Source: the human T2T-CHM13v2.0 reference genome, Homo sapiens
Assembly (NCBI RefSeq): GCF_009914755.1
Contig: NC_060926.1
Strand: one strand, 5' to 3'
Length of the DNA stretch: 64,000 nucleotides
Positions 25,461 through 38,474 of this stretch are shown piece by piece. The notes beneath the pieces are model-generated. The model had not been told where the DNA came from. It saw only the letters and a program-made list of their open reading frames with translations, and ran no database searches. The number at the start of each line of letters is the position of its first letter. The stretch's first letter is position 1. The position numbers and the translations under genes were made by a program.

Positions 25461-27371
25461 TAGGCCGAGCCCACAAAGCAAAGCGTGATAGAATTTCAGT
25501 TTTGGATTTTGTGCACCTGCCTTTCCAGTTGTAACACCTAGAAATGGCACCTCCAAGGGATGCCCTGGCCGAGTGCTGTGTTCATATTTTTAGAAATGGT
25601 TTATCTGCTGAATAAGACTGCCCAGGGAGCAACCTTGCCCTAAGTGGATGCGGTCTTAGCGGAGACAACTGATGGCCGCCAGTCTTCGAACAGAGCTGGA
25701 ACTTCTGGGCTCTCGTGACTGAGATGGCTTTGACAGGCCACCTGGTTTCCTTGGACAACACTGAAGGGCCTGGGAGGAGGCAAGGGTCAGACCATGTAGA
25801 GCCTTGTCATTGGAATTTGGGTTTTATTTTGTTAAAAGATTGATTTTAGGTGCAGCTGGAGGCCACTAGAGGGTTTTGGTAGAGGAGTGGTTCTCTTGGA
25901 TGTGTGTTTTTACAAGCTCACTCTTGCTGCTGGGTGGGAAGTGGGTTGTCGGGGCAAGAATGCAAGGGTCCATTGTAGTGGTCCTGGAGAAAGATGAAGG
26001 GGCTCAGATTAGCTTGACGACTGTTAGGATGTGGGTTTGGAGTAGATTGGTTTGAGACGTACCTTGCAGGGGGGATCGAGAGGCCATAGTGACTGATTGA
26101 AATAGAGGGTGAGGATAGTGGAGGGATCAACATGCCTTCTGGGTTTCTGGCCTGAACAGGTGGGTGGATGGTGGTCCTGGGACAGAGCCTGGGGGTGACC
26201 TAGAGTTGGGCTTTGCTCTCACGTCTTCAGGTGGAGCTGTCCTGGAGGCAGGTGGATCTGTCCTGGAGGCAGGTGGATACGGAGCAGGGATAGGCTAGAG
26301 GCATTCTTCTGGGAGGCGGAGCATATTAGATGGTTTACAGTCCACAGCCTGGGAGAGTGTCTCGGGGGAGTATCAGTAAAGAAGAAGGGGGCCTTGGGGC
26401 TGAGCCTTGAGGAACCCTAACATTTCTTGGGGTCAGGCAGGTGCCCTGACAGATAGACTTGAGAAGCAGCAGGCAGTGAGGGAGAGGACACCCGGGGAGC
26501 ATGCGGCCTCACAGAAGCTGAGTGGGGACCACCTCAGGGGCAGCAGATGGCTGTTCTGCTGTTGTGAATGCTGCTGAGTAGTTGGGGAAGAGAGTTGGGA
26601 CCAAGAGAAGCCCAGTGGGTTTGATAACATAGAGGTGACAGCGACATTGATCGAGGCAGTTTAGGGGCCATGATTGGCTCAGAAGCTAGAGGAGCCTGTG
26701 TGGAGAGTGAATGGGAAGCAGGTAGTGGGCATGGCAGCTCTTTCAAGAGCTGTAATGAAGAGAAGCCTGAAGGAGACTATGGTGCTGAGAGATAATGTCT
26801 TAAAGAACATGGGGGTGGGATTCTGCCCGGGGAGCTGGAAGGGAAGGAGTTGTGAGAGGAGCCCAGGCTCTGAGGGCAGGAGAGAGGGTCAGGTCCAGAA
26901 GCAGGAGGCAAGGTCGAAGCTCAGAGGGGTGGGCAAGGGCAGTGTGGATGTTTTGAGTAGACGGGGAGAAAGGGGAAGGTATATGATAGTTAGGGGGTGT
27001 GGGAAATGGAGCCTGCTAGAGAAACAGTAAGATTTCCAGCAGGATGGAGGACACATTTGAGATTTACCAGCATGAGTAAAAAGTGAAACTTTTCGAAGCC
27101 AACATTTAGCTGTTTTGAGAAGGAGCTTGCTAGAGTTTGGGATTTTTCCAGTAAGGAAGGAAGGCACCCCAGAATTAAGCTGGACAGAGGCATTTGAAGC
27201 CAGGAGCTGAAGGACACCCGCTGCAGGAAACCACCTTCCTGTCCCTTTTTGGGTAACACTGATGATCGGAAAAGCTCCACCCCAACTCCTGTCATCTAGA
27301 GCCTTGGGTTCTTAGTTTGAAGGGTTCCACAGCAGGCATGATCTAACTCTGGACAACTTTCTGTATCTCAG

Positions 27372-27503
27372 GAGATTTGTGCCACACCCCGGCTGTTTCC
27401 AGATGACCCACGGGAAGGGCAGGTGAAGCAGGGGCTGCTGGGGGATTGCTGGTTCCTGTGTGCCTGCGCCGCGCTGCAGAAGAGCAGGCACCTCCTGGAC
27501 CAG
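27372..27503 (+). CDS. CAPN10: CAPN10 exon 2 (catalytic Cys73)
   Basis: [31 protein letters not shown]; AG/GT boundaries. Confidence 0.96.
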
Positions 27504-28577
27504 GTGCGGGGCCCCTTCCCTGTGTTTGTCCTGGAGCCGGTTTCTTTTTGCGTTTCTCCAGCCTGCTGAGTACCAGGAGGCCTTGCGAAAGCAGAGCTGT
27601 GCCGCAGCCGGATCTCCTGCTGTGTTGGGGGAAGGCAGGAGAGTTCCAAGGCAGAGGCTGAGGACTGCACTCTGTCCCTCTGCTGCAGGGGGGGGTGCCT
27701 TGGCCTCGCCAGAAGGCTCCATCAGGGAGGTTCGCCCTGCTCTGTGCTCTCCTGACCCCCGGACTCCATGGAGTCAGATCACCACGTTTAGAATAAAGAG
27801 ACAAATGTGCCAGCTCACAGGAGGACGGGGCTGGCTGGCAGCCTCTGCCTCAGATCTCTCCTCAGCTAGCTCGCTGGTTTTCTTACAGGTTTTGAATATA
27901 AGTTTGCAAAAAGTTATTAAACCTGTTTCTGTGGGTAGACAGATACTCTGGGAGGAGAAGGCCTTCTCAGGTTTTCCTTACCTGGGAGTGTTCACCGTTT
28001 TATGCTTGGCTTGTTGCTAAGTGTTGCTGATTAATGCAGCGGCGTCAACAGTGTGACCTCATTCAGAGTTTCACTCATGTCCCAGGCCCCATGGTAAGCG
28101 TGTCACAGTCACTGGCTTTCAGACACATGGTCTTACCAGCTTTGACTTTTTTTTTAAACGAGAGTGCTAAAATCACTGCCATTGTGTTTCTGGCCGTAAA
28201 GTGGCAGAGCCAGGACCGCACCAGGTGCCTGGTGCCCAGCCTGCACTCCCCCGATGCTGGGTCAGAATGCTTACCCCTGAAGGAGCCCTGCAGTGGACGC
28301 TGTGGGTGCAAGCAGCTGGCCCAGTGTCGGGGCGCCAGGCTCCCAGCAGCAGGAGGGGCTGCTGTTCCTGTGGTGACGTGTTGCTTGCAGCCAGCTCGGT
28401 CAAGAACTGGGTCACTCATGCCCTTGAATGTCACATTTGTTTTGGCTTCAGGTCAGATGCTTTTAGTGAGGGCAGCAGAGTGTGTCCCGGGATATGTGGC
28501 TCCCTCGGTGTGGTCCTCAAGTTTTGCAATGAGAGGTCTGTTAATTTCATGTGGGTGATGCAGCCCTGTGCAGGCGC

Positions 28578-28727
28578 CGACATCCAGGTGTGCCGAAGAG
28601 TTCTCTGCGACATCCAGGTGTGCCGTAGAGTTCTCTGCGACATCCAGGTGTGCCGTAGAGTTCTCTGCGACATCCAGGTGTGCCGTAGAGTTCTCTGCGA
28701 CATCCAGGTGTGCGTTAGAGTTCTCTG
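28578..28727. repeat. 30-bp minisatellite, 5 copies (CAPN10 intron 2)
   Basis: Unit CGACATCCAGGTGTGCCGTAGAGTTCTCTG. Confidence 0.95.
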
Positions 28728-28843
28728 CAGACCGCGGTGCCTGTGGAGCACTCAGCTGTGGCCACACCGCGGCCGGGACACTGGAGTAGCGCCGGGTGGT
28801 GCTTATATCACGCTCGCCTTTTGCTTCTCCCTGTGCATGGCAG

Positions 28844-29040
28844 GTCATTCCTCCGGGACAGCCGAGCTGGGCCGACCAGGAGTACCGGGGCTCCTTCACC
28901 TGTCGCATTTGGCAGTTTGGACGCTGGGTGGAGGTGACCACAGATGACCGCCTGCCGTGCCTTGCAGGGAGACTCTGTTTCTCCCGCTGCCAGAGGGAGG
29001 ATGTGTTCTGGCTCCCCTTACTGGAAAAGGTCTACGCCAA
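28844..29040 (+). CDS. CAPN10: CAPN10 exon 3
   Basis: [33 protein letters not shown]; AA|gtgcgt. Confidence 0.96.
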
Positions 29041-29961
29041 GTGCGTGTGCTGGGGGCTGAAGGGCCTGGCCTGGGGCAAGTGGGAGCTGCCACTACCATG
29101 GGCTGCCCCAGGAGGGTCTCTGCTCACTCTGGGCTGCAGAGCCCCCTTCAGTTCTGAGGGTCTGGCAGCTCATTCTGTGAGTCAGGCTGACAGGCCAGGT
29201 GCAGAGATTCTTCTTTTGGGCCTGTGGATTGCCCACTCCCTGCTTTCCCTTCCCTTGTTCCAAAGCCCAGCGTGGAGTCGTTCTCCACAGAGAACATGTG
29301 TGCCGTCCTCCTTATTTTATCGGCCCCAGCAAGAAAGATGCTTCTTTATATTTGTTGTGGAATGGTTGGGACAGGCAGACTCATTGTGTAGTCGTTGGGG
29401 AGGAATGAGGCTACCCCAGCATACCAACACTTGTGTATCACGGTGCTTGCTGGCTCAGGGGACCAGGACCCTCACCATGAGTCATAATTGAATAGCCTTC
29501 CCTCTTAGAATGCATTTGTCTTCTTGCCAAAGGCAACTGGACTGACAGGCAGGCAGGGAAGCTGGTGAACATGGGAAGGCTGGCTGGTGACATCAGTGCC
29601 CAGTGAGCCCTTCCATCCCAAGGGCTGTTTTAGGAAAAGCAGGGTTGGAGCTTGAGAGCCAAGGGATGTGGGCATCCATAGCTTCCACGCCTCCTGCCCT
29701 GCTCCTGTGCCCACACCGGATGCCAGAGAGTTTCTGTGTGTGGGCAGAGGACTGCAGGGCGCTCACGCTTGCTGTGAAGTAAGGCGTTTGAAGGTGAGGC
29801 TAAGCCTTGACTTGGTGAGGATGAGGAAGAAGGCAGAGGGGAGTAAAGAGGTGGGATTGAGGCAGCGGTTGGACGATTTGGGGTGCTACAGACCATGGGA
29901 ATCAGAGAGGGGGCCATGCTCAATGCCAGAGGCTCACTCCCATGGTGATTGTGTCCCCTAG

Positions 29962-30179
29962 GGTCCATGGGTCCTACGAGCACCTGTGGGCCGGGCAGGT
30001 GGCGGATGCCCTGGTGGACCTGACCGGCGGCCTGGCAGAAAGATGGAACCTGAAGGGCGTAGCAGGAAGCGGAGGCCAGCAGGACAGGCCAGGCCGCTGG
30101 GAGCACAGGACTTGTCGGCAGCTGCTCCACCTGAAGGACCAGTGTCTGATCAGCTGCTGCGTGCTCAGCCCCAGAGCAG
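29962..30179 (+). CDS. CAPN10: CAPN10 exon 4
   Basis: [29 protein letters not shown]; G|gtgagg. Confidence 0.96.
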
Positions 30180-30555
30180 GTGAGGCACGTGGCCAGCATG
30201 GGAGGGCTGCAGCCAGCGTGCCCCCCACTGCCAGGCCTCAGGCACACTGTAGCTTTTTATGTGACTGGCTACACAGCCCTGTCAGGACTAAGTGGGAAGA
30301 AGTAAGCTTGTTCTCAAGGGTGGTGTCCTCAGTTTGTGACCTTCCCCTGCTGTCCTCTTCCAGAGGGACGTGGCCCTTCTCTCCCCTGACCAGTCCTTTC
30401 CACTAGTGCGAGGCAGGAAGAGGTGGCACCGAGTCAAAGCCCACTGTCTGTGCCATCCCTGGCCCAGCTGGCAACCTGGCAAAATCAAAACCTGTTTTTT
30501 ATTTTAGTGATAGATAACATTCGTTAAAAACAGTTTGTCTCCAAAAAATGAAAGG

Positions 30556-30695
30556 GGCCAGGTGTGGTGGCTCACACCTGTAATCCCAGAACTTTGGGAG
30601 GCTGAGGTGGGAGTATCGCTGGAGCCCAGGAGTTCAAGAGACCCGCCTGGGCAACATGGCAAGATCTCATCTCTACAAAAAATGAAGGAAAAAAA
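30556..30695 (+). mobile_element. Alu left monomer (FLAM/AluJ)
   Basis: GGCCAGGTGTGGTGGCTCACACCTGTAATCCCAG..TCTCTACAAAAA. Confidence 0.85.
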
Positions 30696-31934
30696 TCACT
30701 TAGATGGAACCACATGTGACTTTTGAGTGCGCTCTCAGTTTTCCATGAGCACGCACGGTTTACGTGTTCCCTTCCGCACCGCTTCTCACACTGCCACACA
30801 CGCGCTGTCAAATGTTCGCCCCATGAGCGGGTTTGCCACAGTCTCTTAATCATTCCCCTGATGTTGGATATTAAGATCTCTCTGGTTTTATATAATTATA
30901 AGCAGTATCAATGAACATCTTTATCATTTTTTTCATACTTAGGATTATTTTTAAAATATGGGTTAAAGAATATGAATATCACAGTAAACTGAAACAAGTT
31001 GTCATAGGCCTTGGTCTGGGTCCCCCATAAGCAGACCCTGAGATGAGGTTCAGGAGCACGTTGAGAGGTTCAGAGAGCCTGGAGGGCGTGTACTCCCCGC
31101 CAGCCCCGCTGGGGTGCCAGGAAGGACGCTGGCCTCAGAGCCTCCCACCTGGGAGTGAGGGCGCTGGTCTGGTGGGCATTAGCTCGGGGAGCTGTTGGTT
31201 TTGGGTGCTCCAGGGTGGGGTAGCGCTAAGTCCTAGCACTTCAGGCTTTAGAGGAAGCCCCCAGGCAGAGAGAGATGGCAGCTGGCACTGACTGGAGGTG
31301 CATTGGAGCCTGCTGAGGTGGCAAGGGGCCGCGGCGTGGGCGAGACTGAAGTCCTTCCAGGAGACCCTCCTCTCTAGACCGTTGCCCCGCCACAGATGTG
31401 GCCTTCCTCTCTGTTTGGCTCTTTCTTTTCTATGCCCATCTGTCTCAAGGTCTCTGGCCAGGTGGAGCTGTTGCCCCCCTGGGCCTCCATGCCTCCAGTG
31501 GGCTTCTAGCCAGGGCACTATCTGAATGTCCTACCTCTAGCAGGCTTTGCCAAGAGAAACACTCTCTAGATTTCTGGCAGTTGCAGATGCATCTGTGCAG
31601 CATGTTTGAGAACTGGTGCTGTGCCAGGCATCGTGCACAGATGGGTACGGACGATGACTGAGGCCTAGAGAAGGGGATGACTTACCCAGCACCAGACCCG
31701 GATGGCAGCCGAGTCAGGCCCCGTGTGCTTGCTCCTGGAGATGCTCCTGAGCTGATGGGTCACAGCTGCTAAGAAAGGAGCTCTCGTGGTCCATGGGGAT
31801 CTGGGGTCTCCCGTGTAGCCATAGTGGGGTGGGCTGGAGCATCTCCAGAGGAGGAGGCAGAGGCCTGTGTGTCCTTGTCAGTTTGGGACTCCATGGTGCC
31901 CTTCCTGCCTGTGCCTGCGCCATTCCTCATGCAG

Positions 31935-32076
31935 GTGCCCGGGAGCTGGGGGAGTTCCATGCCTTCATTGTCTCGGACCTGCGGGAGCTCCAGGGTCAGG
32001 CGGGCCAGTGCATCCTGCTGCTGCGGATCCAGAACCCCTGGGGCCGGCGGTGCTGGCAGGGGCTCTGGAGAGAGGG
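31935..32076 (+). CDS. CAPN10: CAPN10 exon 5 (His238, Asn263)
   Basis: [34 protein letters not shown]; GG|gtgagt. Confidence 0.96.
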
Positions 32077-32571
32077 GTGAGTGCTGGGGCCTGGACCATG
32101 CTGCTGTCGGGAGGGGGGCCCAGTGCCAGTCTGGCCTGTGTCCTGGTCACCTTCAGCTGTCAGGACTGTACTTGGCTGTCTCCAGCAAGGCCCCTGAGTC
32201 CCTGCTCTCGTGACACCATGCTTGTCTTGGCTCCAGGCAATCCTTGTGAGGCCTGGGACCAAGGTGGCCATTGGGCCTGGGGTTTCAATAGGGCAGACAT
32301 CATCACGGGCTCGGGCAGCAGTCCTGGGAAGACGCATCCAGAGGCGTGAAGTTCCTCTGGGAAAAGAGAGGGCTCCAGGGTGGCCGCTGCCCAGAAGGCC
32401 CTGTGCTGCAGAGCTGCTTCGGGTGTGGGAGGGGCTGCAGAGCTGGGGCACGGGGTCGCTGGCAGGAACTCAGGGCTCTCTGGGTCCCCTCCAGGCTTCC
32501 CCCCAGCCTGCCGGCAAGTTGACACTACCAGTTCTCGGGAGGGGCTTCTGCTGAGATGAGGTTTCTTCCAG

Positions 32572-32738
32572 GGGTGAAGGGTGGAGCCAGGTAGATGCAG
32601 CGGTAGCATCTGAGCTCCTGTCCCAGCTCCAGGAAGGGGAGTTCTGGGTGGAGGAGGAGGAGTTCCTCAGGGAGTTTGACGAGCTCACCGTTGGCTACCC
32701 GGTCACGGAGGCCGGCCACCTGCAGAGCCTCTACACAG
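32572..32738 (+). CDS. CAPN10: CAPN10 exon 6
   Basis: [35 protein letters not shown]; G|gtagt. Confidence 0.95.
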
Positions 32739-32853
32739 GTAGTGCCCCGAGGGGCTGTGCTGGGCACGTGCTCTGCCTGCCGAAGTGAGGAGGCTGGGCA
32801 GGTGCCTGGGTTCCCCCTGCCCAGGCCCAGTTTGGTTCTCTTCAGCGTGGAGA

Positions 32854-32949
32854 GATGATTCTGTCCCAGGAGCCGGGAGGAGGGTGATGATTCTGTCCCA
32901 GGAGCCGGGAGGAGGGTGATGATTCTGTCCCAGGAGCTGGGAGGAGGGT
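32854..32949. repeat. 32-bp tandem repeat, 3 copies (CAPN10 intron 6; matches the UCSNP-19 indel, long allele)
   Basis: Unit GATGATTCTGTCCCAGGAGCCGGGAGGAGGGT at 32854, 32886 and 32918. Confidence 0.93.
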
Positions 32950-33084
32950 GGGCTTGTGGGAGGGGCTGGCTCTGTCTGTGGCCGTAGCTGCTGCTTAGAC
33001 CCTGCCAGGGTTCATGAGGCCACCGTGGCGGGAGGCCAGCGAGGAGCCGTGTCCCACAGCTGATGCCTGGTGTTTTCTCACTAG

Positions 33085-33365
33085 AGAGGCTGCTCTGCCA
33101 TACGCGGGCGCTGCCTGGGGCCTGGGTCAAGGGCCAGTCAGCAGGAGGCTGCCGGAACAACAGCGGCTTTCCCAGCAACCCCAAATTCTGGCTGCGGGTC
33201 TCAGAACCGAGTGAGGTGTACATTGCCGTCCTGCAGAGATCCAGGCTGCACGCGGCGGACTGGGCAGGCCGGGCCCGGGCACTGGTGGGTGACAGTCATA
33301 CTTCGTGGAGCCCAGCGAGCATCCCGGGCAAGCACTACCAGGCTGTGGGTCTGCACCTCTGGAAG
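33085..33365 (+). CDS. CAPN10: CAPN10 exon 7 (first C2-like domain)
   Basis: [33 protein letters not shown]; |gtaact. Confidence 0.95.
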
Positions 33366-34379
33366 GTAACTCAGCCCCGTCTGGCTCACGCTCGGTTCAG
33401 CAGGTGGTGTGGAGGCCCATGGAGGTCTGGGTTCTAGGACTGGCTCTGCCGGGACACATGTGACTCTGCCACGGGCCCCACCAGTCTCCCCCCTCCTTGG
33501 GCTGTTGCACGGGGTTGACGTCTGCTGGTGCTCCCAGACCCGGCTCTGACCTGAGACTGCAGGTCTTTCTGCCTTGCCGTGTGCCTCATTGGCCAAAGGA
33601 AAGCAACAGAGTCTGCAGCCAGGGCAGGACCCGCAGGAGGGGCCTGGACCCGGGGGGCTCCTGGCAGCGCCGTGCCTTTCTGAGGCAAGGAGGTAGAGCC
33701 AGCGGCTGAGGACCTGTCAGGGCCAGTCCCAGCTCTGCAGCTTGCTGTGTGACCTGGCACACATCCTCTCCCTGCCTCCCTCAGTCTCTTCCCCTGCAAG
33801 ACGGGGTCCTGACACGGATCTCATGGGATTGCTCTGAGGCCCAGGCAGTCCCAGGCTCAACCACTGGTTCACAAAGTGTGTTGTTTCCAGGAAGAACAGA
33901 TGGGGGCGCCTGAGGGCAAAGGGCCTGAGTGTGGGTCGAGGATATGCCGGCTGCTCGCTCAGGGGCTGGGTTTTCATCTTGTGTGTCTTGACAGGGTGTG
34001 ACACTTGGCACCACACTGTTCCCTGTCCCTTCATGGATGTGGCCCACATGATGTTCCTTTCCTCTTGCAAAAGAAGTTGCTGGAAGGCCCACTGTCCAGC
34101 AGCCCCCAGGTTGCCTGGGCCACGGTGCCTTTGTGGGCCCAGCTACAAGGAGGACTTGCAGGCTCGTGTCTGGGACAGATACTGGCGCCAGGGCCAAGTG
34201 AAGCCCGGGATTGGTGGGCATCTCTAGCTGGTCCCTGAGAGAGGGTGGAGGGTGCTGACAGGCCTTGGCGCTTTCATCTGTCAACTCCAGAGGCCCTTGT
34301 GCTTGCAGCAGGGAGGTCAAGGCCAGGGCGTCTGACCCCGGCCGCTCCTCCACACTGAGCCTCCTGCACGTGCTCACAG

Positions 34380-34582
34380 GTAGAGAAGCGGCGGGTCAAT
34401 CTGCCTAGGGTCCTGTCCATGCCCCCCGTGGCTGGCACCGCGTGCCATGCATACGACCGGGAGGTCCACCTGCGTTGTGAGCTCTCACCGGGCTACTACC
34501 TGGCTGTCCCCAGCACCTTCCTGAAGGACGCGCCAGGGGAGTTCCTGCTCCGAGTCTTCTCTACCGGGCGAGTCTCCCTTAG
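34380..34582 (+). CDS. CAPN10: CAPN10 exon 8
   Basis: [43 protein letters not shown]; AG|gtgag. Confidence 0.95.
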
Positions 34583-34741
34583 GTGAGAGGAACCGCGCAG
34601 TGCTGCTGGCTCTCCGAGGCCACAGGCCCTTCCAAGGCAGGATTTGGGCACTTTCCCTCTGTGGTTGGCAGGTGTCCATGTGGGAACTGAGGCCACCGGG
34701 AACCTGCTGCCAGCGCCCTCCCATGTTTGTCTTCTTGGCAG

Positions 34742-35003
34742 CGCCATCAGGGCAGTGGCCAAGAACACCACCCCCGGGGCAGCCCTGCCTGCGGGGGAGT
34801 GGGGGACCGTGCAGCTACGGGGTTCTTGGAGAGTCGGCCAGACGGCGGGGGGCAGCAGGAACTTTGCCTCATACCCCACCAACCCCTGCTTCCCCTTCTC
34901 GGTCCCCGAGGGCCCTGGCCCCCGCTGCGTCCGCATCACTCTGCATCAGCACTGCCGGCCCAGTGACACCGAGTTCCACCCCATCGGCTTCCATATCTTC
35001 CAG
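34742..35003 (+). CDS. CAPN10: CAPN10 exon 9 (second C2-like domain), ending at a GC donor
   Basis: [41 protein letters not shown]; CAG|gcaagc. Confidence 0.92.
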
Positions 35004-35948
35004 GCAAGCTCCTTGCCCCAGGGAGGGAGGGGGAGCAGAAGGGGCCCTCAGAGAATTTGCATCTTGGCCTCCATTGTCCCAACAGAGGGCTCTGGGCTCA
35101 GTCACTTGGGCTCCCCCTGCCCTTCGAGGCGCTGCCTAGAACCCGCACAGGGCCCTCTCCCATCTCCAACCTCTCAGAGGCAAGGCCGAAGATGGCCTCT
35201 GGAAGGGCCGGGGGCCTGGGAGGTGGGCAGGGCTGATCCAGGCAGGGCAGGTTTCCAGAGGAGGTGGTGAGTGGGGAGGAAGGGAGAAGTTTGGAGAGGA
35301 CAGGAGGCCGAGGTTGAGACCAGCGGGGGTGGGTCGAGCCCTGGCTTGGGAACGCAGGGGGCTGATGGACTCAGGAGTGAGAGGAGGGGAGGCCCAGGCT
35401 GGCTGGCCACAGCAGCCCCTCGGGTGTGAGGAAGTCCACAGTCACTGAGCTCAGCCAGCAGCCCCTTGTCCACTTACCCTGACTCAGAATGACTGTGTCC
35501 CAAGGTTCATTCTCTGCAGACATGTGTCCCCTGGAATGCAGGGGCCCTGACGAGGAAGGCACTGCAACCCTCGGTTCACAGTGGGCTGCCTGGGGACCCT
35601 TGGACCCTCGCTGTTTGCCCTGGGCCACCGGCTCAGGTCCCCTAGAGCTCTGAGGAAAACACATGCCAGGGCCAGTGGGAGCCCTTGGGGCGGGCTGGGC
35701 AGTCACAGGTGTTAAAGCCCCTGATGATGTGACAGGCCTCCAGGCGGGGGCCCCACTGCCGGCACCTTCTGGCAAGGGTGGCCAGGCCTTGGTGAGGAGG
35801 CGAGTCCAGTGTCCAGGCCTGGCAGCCCCTCCTCAGAGAAGGGGCTGTATGTGACTCAAGAGGGCCAAGGGCATCCGAGCAGATGGCCCTGGGCTGGGCT
35901 CCCTACCCCAAGGCTGGCCCCCTCAGTCTGAGCCTGCGCTTTCCTCAG

Positions 35949-36148
35949 GTCCCAGAGGGTGGAAGGAGCCAGGACGCACCCCCACTGCTGCTGCAGGAGC
36001 CGCTGCTGAGCTGCGTGCCACATCGCTACGCCCAGGAGGTGAGCCGGCTCTGCCTCCTGCCTGCAGGCACCTACAAGGTTGTGCCCTCCACCTACCTGCC
36101 GGACACAGAGGGGGCCTTCACAGTGACCATCGCAACCAGGATTGACAG
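35949..36148 (+). CDS. CAPN10: CAPN10 exon 10
   Basis: [47 protein letters not shown]; AG|gtggg. Confidence 0.95.
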
Positions 36149-36411
36149 GTGGGGCTCTGGGACTTGGGGGCGGCCAGCTGGAGGCTGGGGTGCTGGAGTC
36201 TTAGTGCTCGCCTGTCCCCCCACGTCTCCTGCCTGCCCCTCACCCTCAAGCCCCTATCTGTCTGGCAGACCAGGGCTGTCCTGCCTACCTGGGGACCCTT
36301 CCTTGCTGGTCTGAGCCTGGAAGGAGAGTCTAGTGGGAGGTGGGCCAGGAGCACACAGCCACTTGTGTGACAAGTGCAGTCTGGGAGCGCTGATCTGGTG
36401 TCTCTCCACAG

Positions 36412-36457
36412 GCCATCCATTCACAGCCAGGAGATGCTGGGCCAGTTCCTCCAAGAG
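36412..36457 (+). CDS. CAPN10: CAPN10 exon 11
   Basis: cacag|G CCA TCC; PSIHSQEMLGQFLQE; |gtgtgt. Confidence 0.92.
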
Positions 36458-36710
36458 GTGTGTATGCAGCCCCGCCAGCCCGGCTCACCTGCCTGGGGCT
36501 GCCTGGTGGCCTAGGGTCTACCTGCAACCTCAGGCAGGTGGTTTCTGCCTGGGACGTGAGGTGCCCTTGACTCTTCCTGTGAGAGCCCCGGGCGGTGCCT
36601 TGAAGGGCAGGGGGAGCTGAGGCTGCGTCCCATTCCCTGGCTGCACTCGGGGTGGGGTGTGAGAAGGGGCGAGTGCCACCGCTGCCCGGGCCCCCCATCT
36701 GTCTTTGCAG

Positions 36711-36740
36711 GTCTCCGTCATGGCAGTGATGAAAACCTAA
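36711..36740 (+). CDS. CAPN10: CAPN10 exon 12 (terminal coding part)
   Basis: tttgcag|GTC TCC GTC ATG GCA GTG ATG AAA ACC TAA. Confidence 0.92.
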   Translation, partial: VSVMAVMKT

Positions 36741-37137
36741 CAGGGTGGCCCCCTGTGCCAGCTCAGGTGACTGGAGCCCGAGGGCCTGACAGGTTCCCAG
36801 CAGCTGGGCCGGCCAGCCTTGCACTGTGGGGGCTGGTCCTGAGTCTTGGCCTGCCTCCCAGCCCTGCCAGGGGGCTGCGGCCTAGGGGTCCACGGGAAGC
36901 CTCCGTCAGGAGAGACGCAGCCCTGGGGGCCAGCTGGTGCTGCAAGGAAGGGTGGGAAGCTTGCTGGCTTCTGTTGCGCCACTGAGACGGCAGAGACCCC
37001 AGGATCCCAGAGCTTCCCAGGATCCCTCCCAGATCCTCTGCTGACTCCATATGGAGGCCTCACACCCAGAGGGTAGGGCAGCAGATCTTCTTTATAACTA
37101 TTTATTGTTCGAATCACTTTTAGGATGTAACTTTATA

Positions 37138-37143
37138 AATAAA
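37138..37143 (+). terminator. CAPN10: CAPN10 polyadenylation signal (AATAAA)
   Basis: AATAAA in an AT-rich patch about 400 nt after the stop. Confidence 0.85.
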
Positions 37144-37469
37144 CATGAGCGCTGATGATTTGCAGATCAGTCTTGCTCCAGGTAGTTCCAGGCTGTGCCT
37201 GCTCTTGCCAAGCAGGCTGTGGGGAGGGCTGGGTGCCTGCCGAGATGGTGAGGATGAGGATGGCCTCTGGAGGGGCTGGGGGCCTGGGAGGTGGGCAGAG
37301 CCAACCCAGGCAGGGCAGGTTTCAGGGGGAGATGGTGAGTGGGGAGGAGGGGAGAAGTTTGGAGGGGCGGGCCCAGGGCATGCCCCAGGCCAGGGGGCTG
37401 AGGTTGAGGCTGGCCGGGGCAGGTCAAGCCCTGGTCTTGGGGGACACAGACTGATAGACTGGGGAGTGA

Positions 37470-38053
<584 letters not shown>

Positions 38054-38111
38054 CTAATCCCTTTTAAATTCCATTCGCTTCCTGAGTCCCTTTGTGCCTG
38101 GGGAGACCCCG

Positions 38112-38474
38112 TGTATTGGTCCTTTTTCACATTGCTGTAAACAACTCTGAGACTGGTAATTTATAAAGAAAAGAGGTTTGATTGCCTCAGTTCCGAAGAC
38201 TGTACAGGAAGCATGGCTGGGGAGGCCTCAGGAAACTTAGAATCATGGCGGAGGGAAAGCAGGCAGTCTGCAGGTGTCTGGAGAAGGAGGAAGAGAGCGA
38301 AGGGGAGGTGCTGTGCACTTTTAAATGACCAGATCTTAGGAGAACTCACTATCACCAAAACAGCAAGGGGGATATCCGCTCCCATGATCCAATCATCTCC
38401 CACCAGGCTCCTCCAACACTGGGGATTATAATTCGACATGAGATTTGGGCAGGAACACAAATTCAAACCATAGC
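38112..38474. mobile_element. MaLR LTR (MSTA/THE1-like)
   Basis: GAGACTGGTAATTTATAAAGAAAAGAGGTTT..GGGAGGCCTCAGGAAACTTA..CATGAGATTTGGGCAGGAACACA. Confidence 0.85.

Noticed and set aside
25700-27300. Probable L2/MIR remnants in CAPN10 intron 1 (and at 49630-51500)
   Set aside because: Too diverged to delimit reliably by eye, so not reported as features.
28578-28727. Regular direct repeats (also 40690-40930, 61389-61616 and 63725-64000) as possible CRISPR arrays
   Set aside because: Head-to-tail units with no unique spacers, no cas genes, and a mammalian context.
28201-28947. Repeat-containing ORFs (CDIQVCRRVL)n and reverse-strand equivalents
   Set aside because: Artefact of a 30-bp (multiple of 3) minisatellite.
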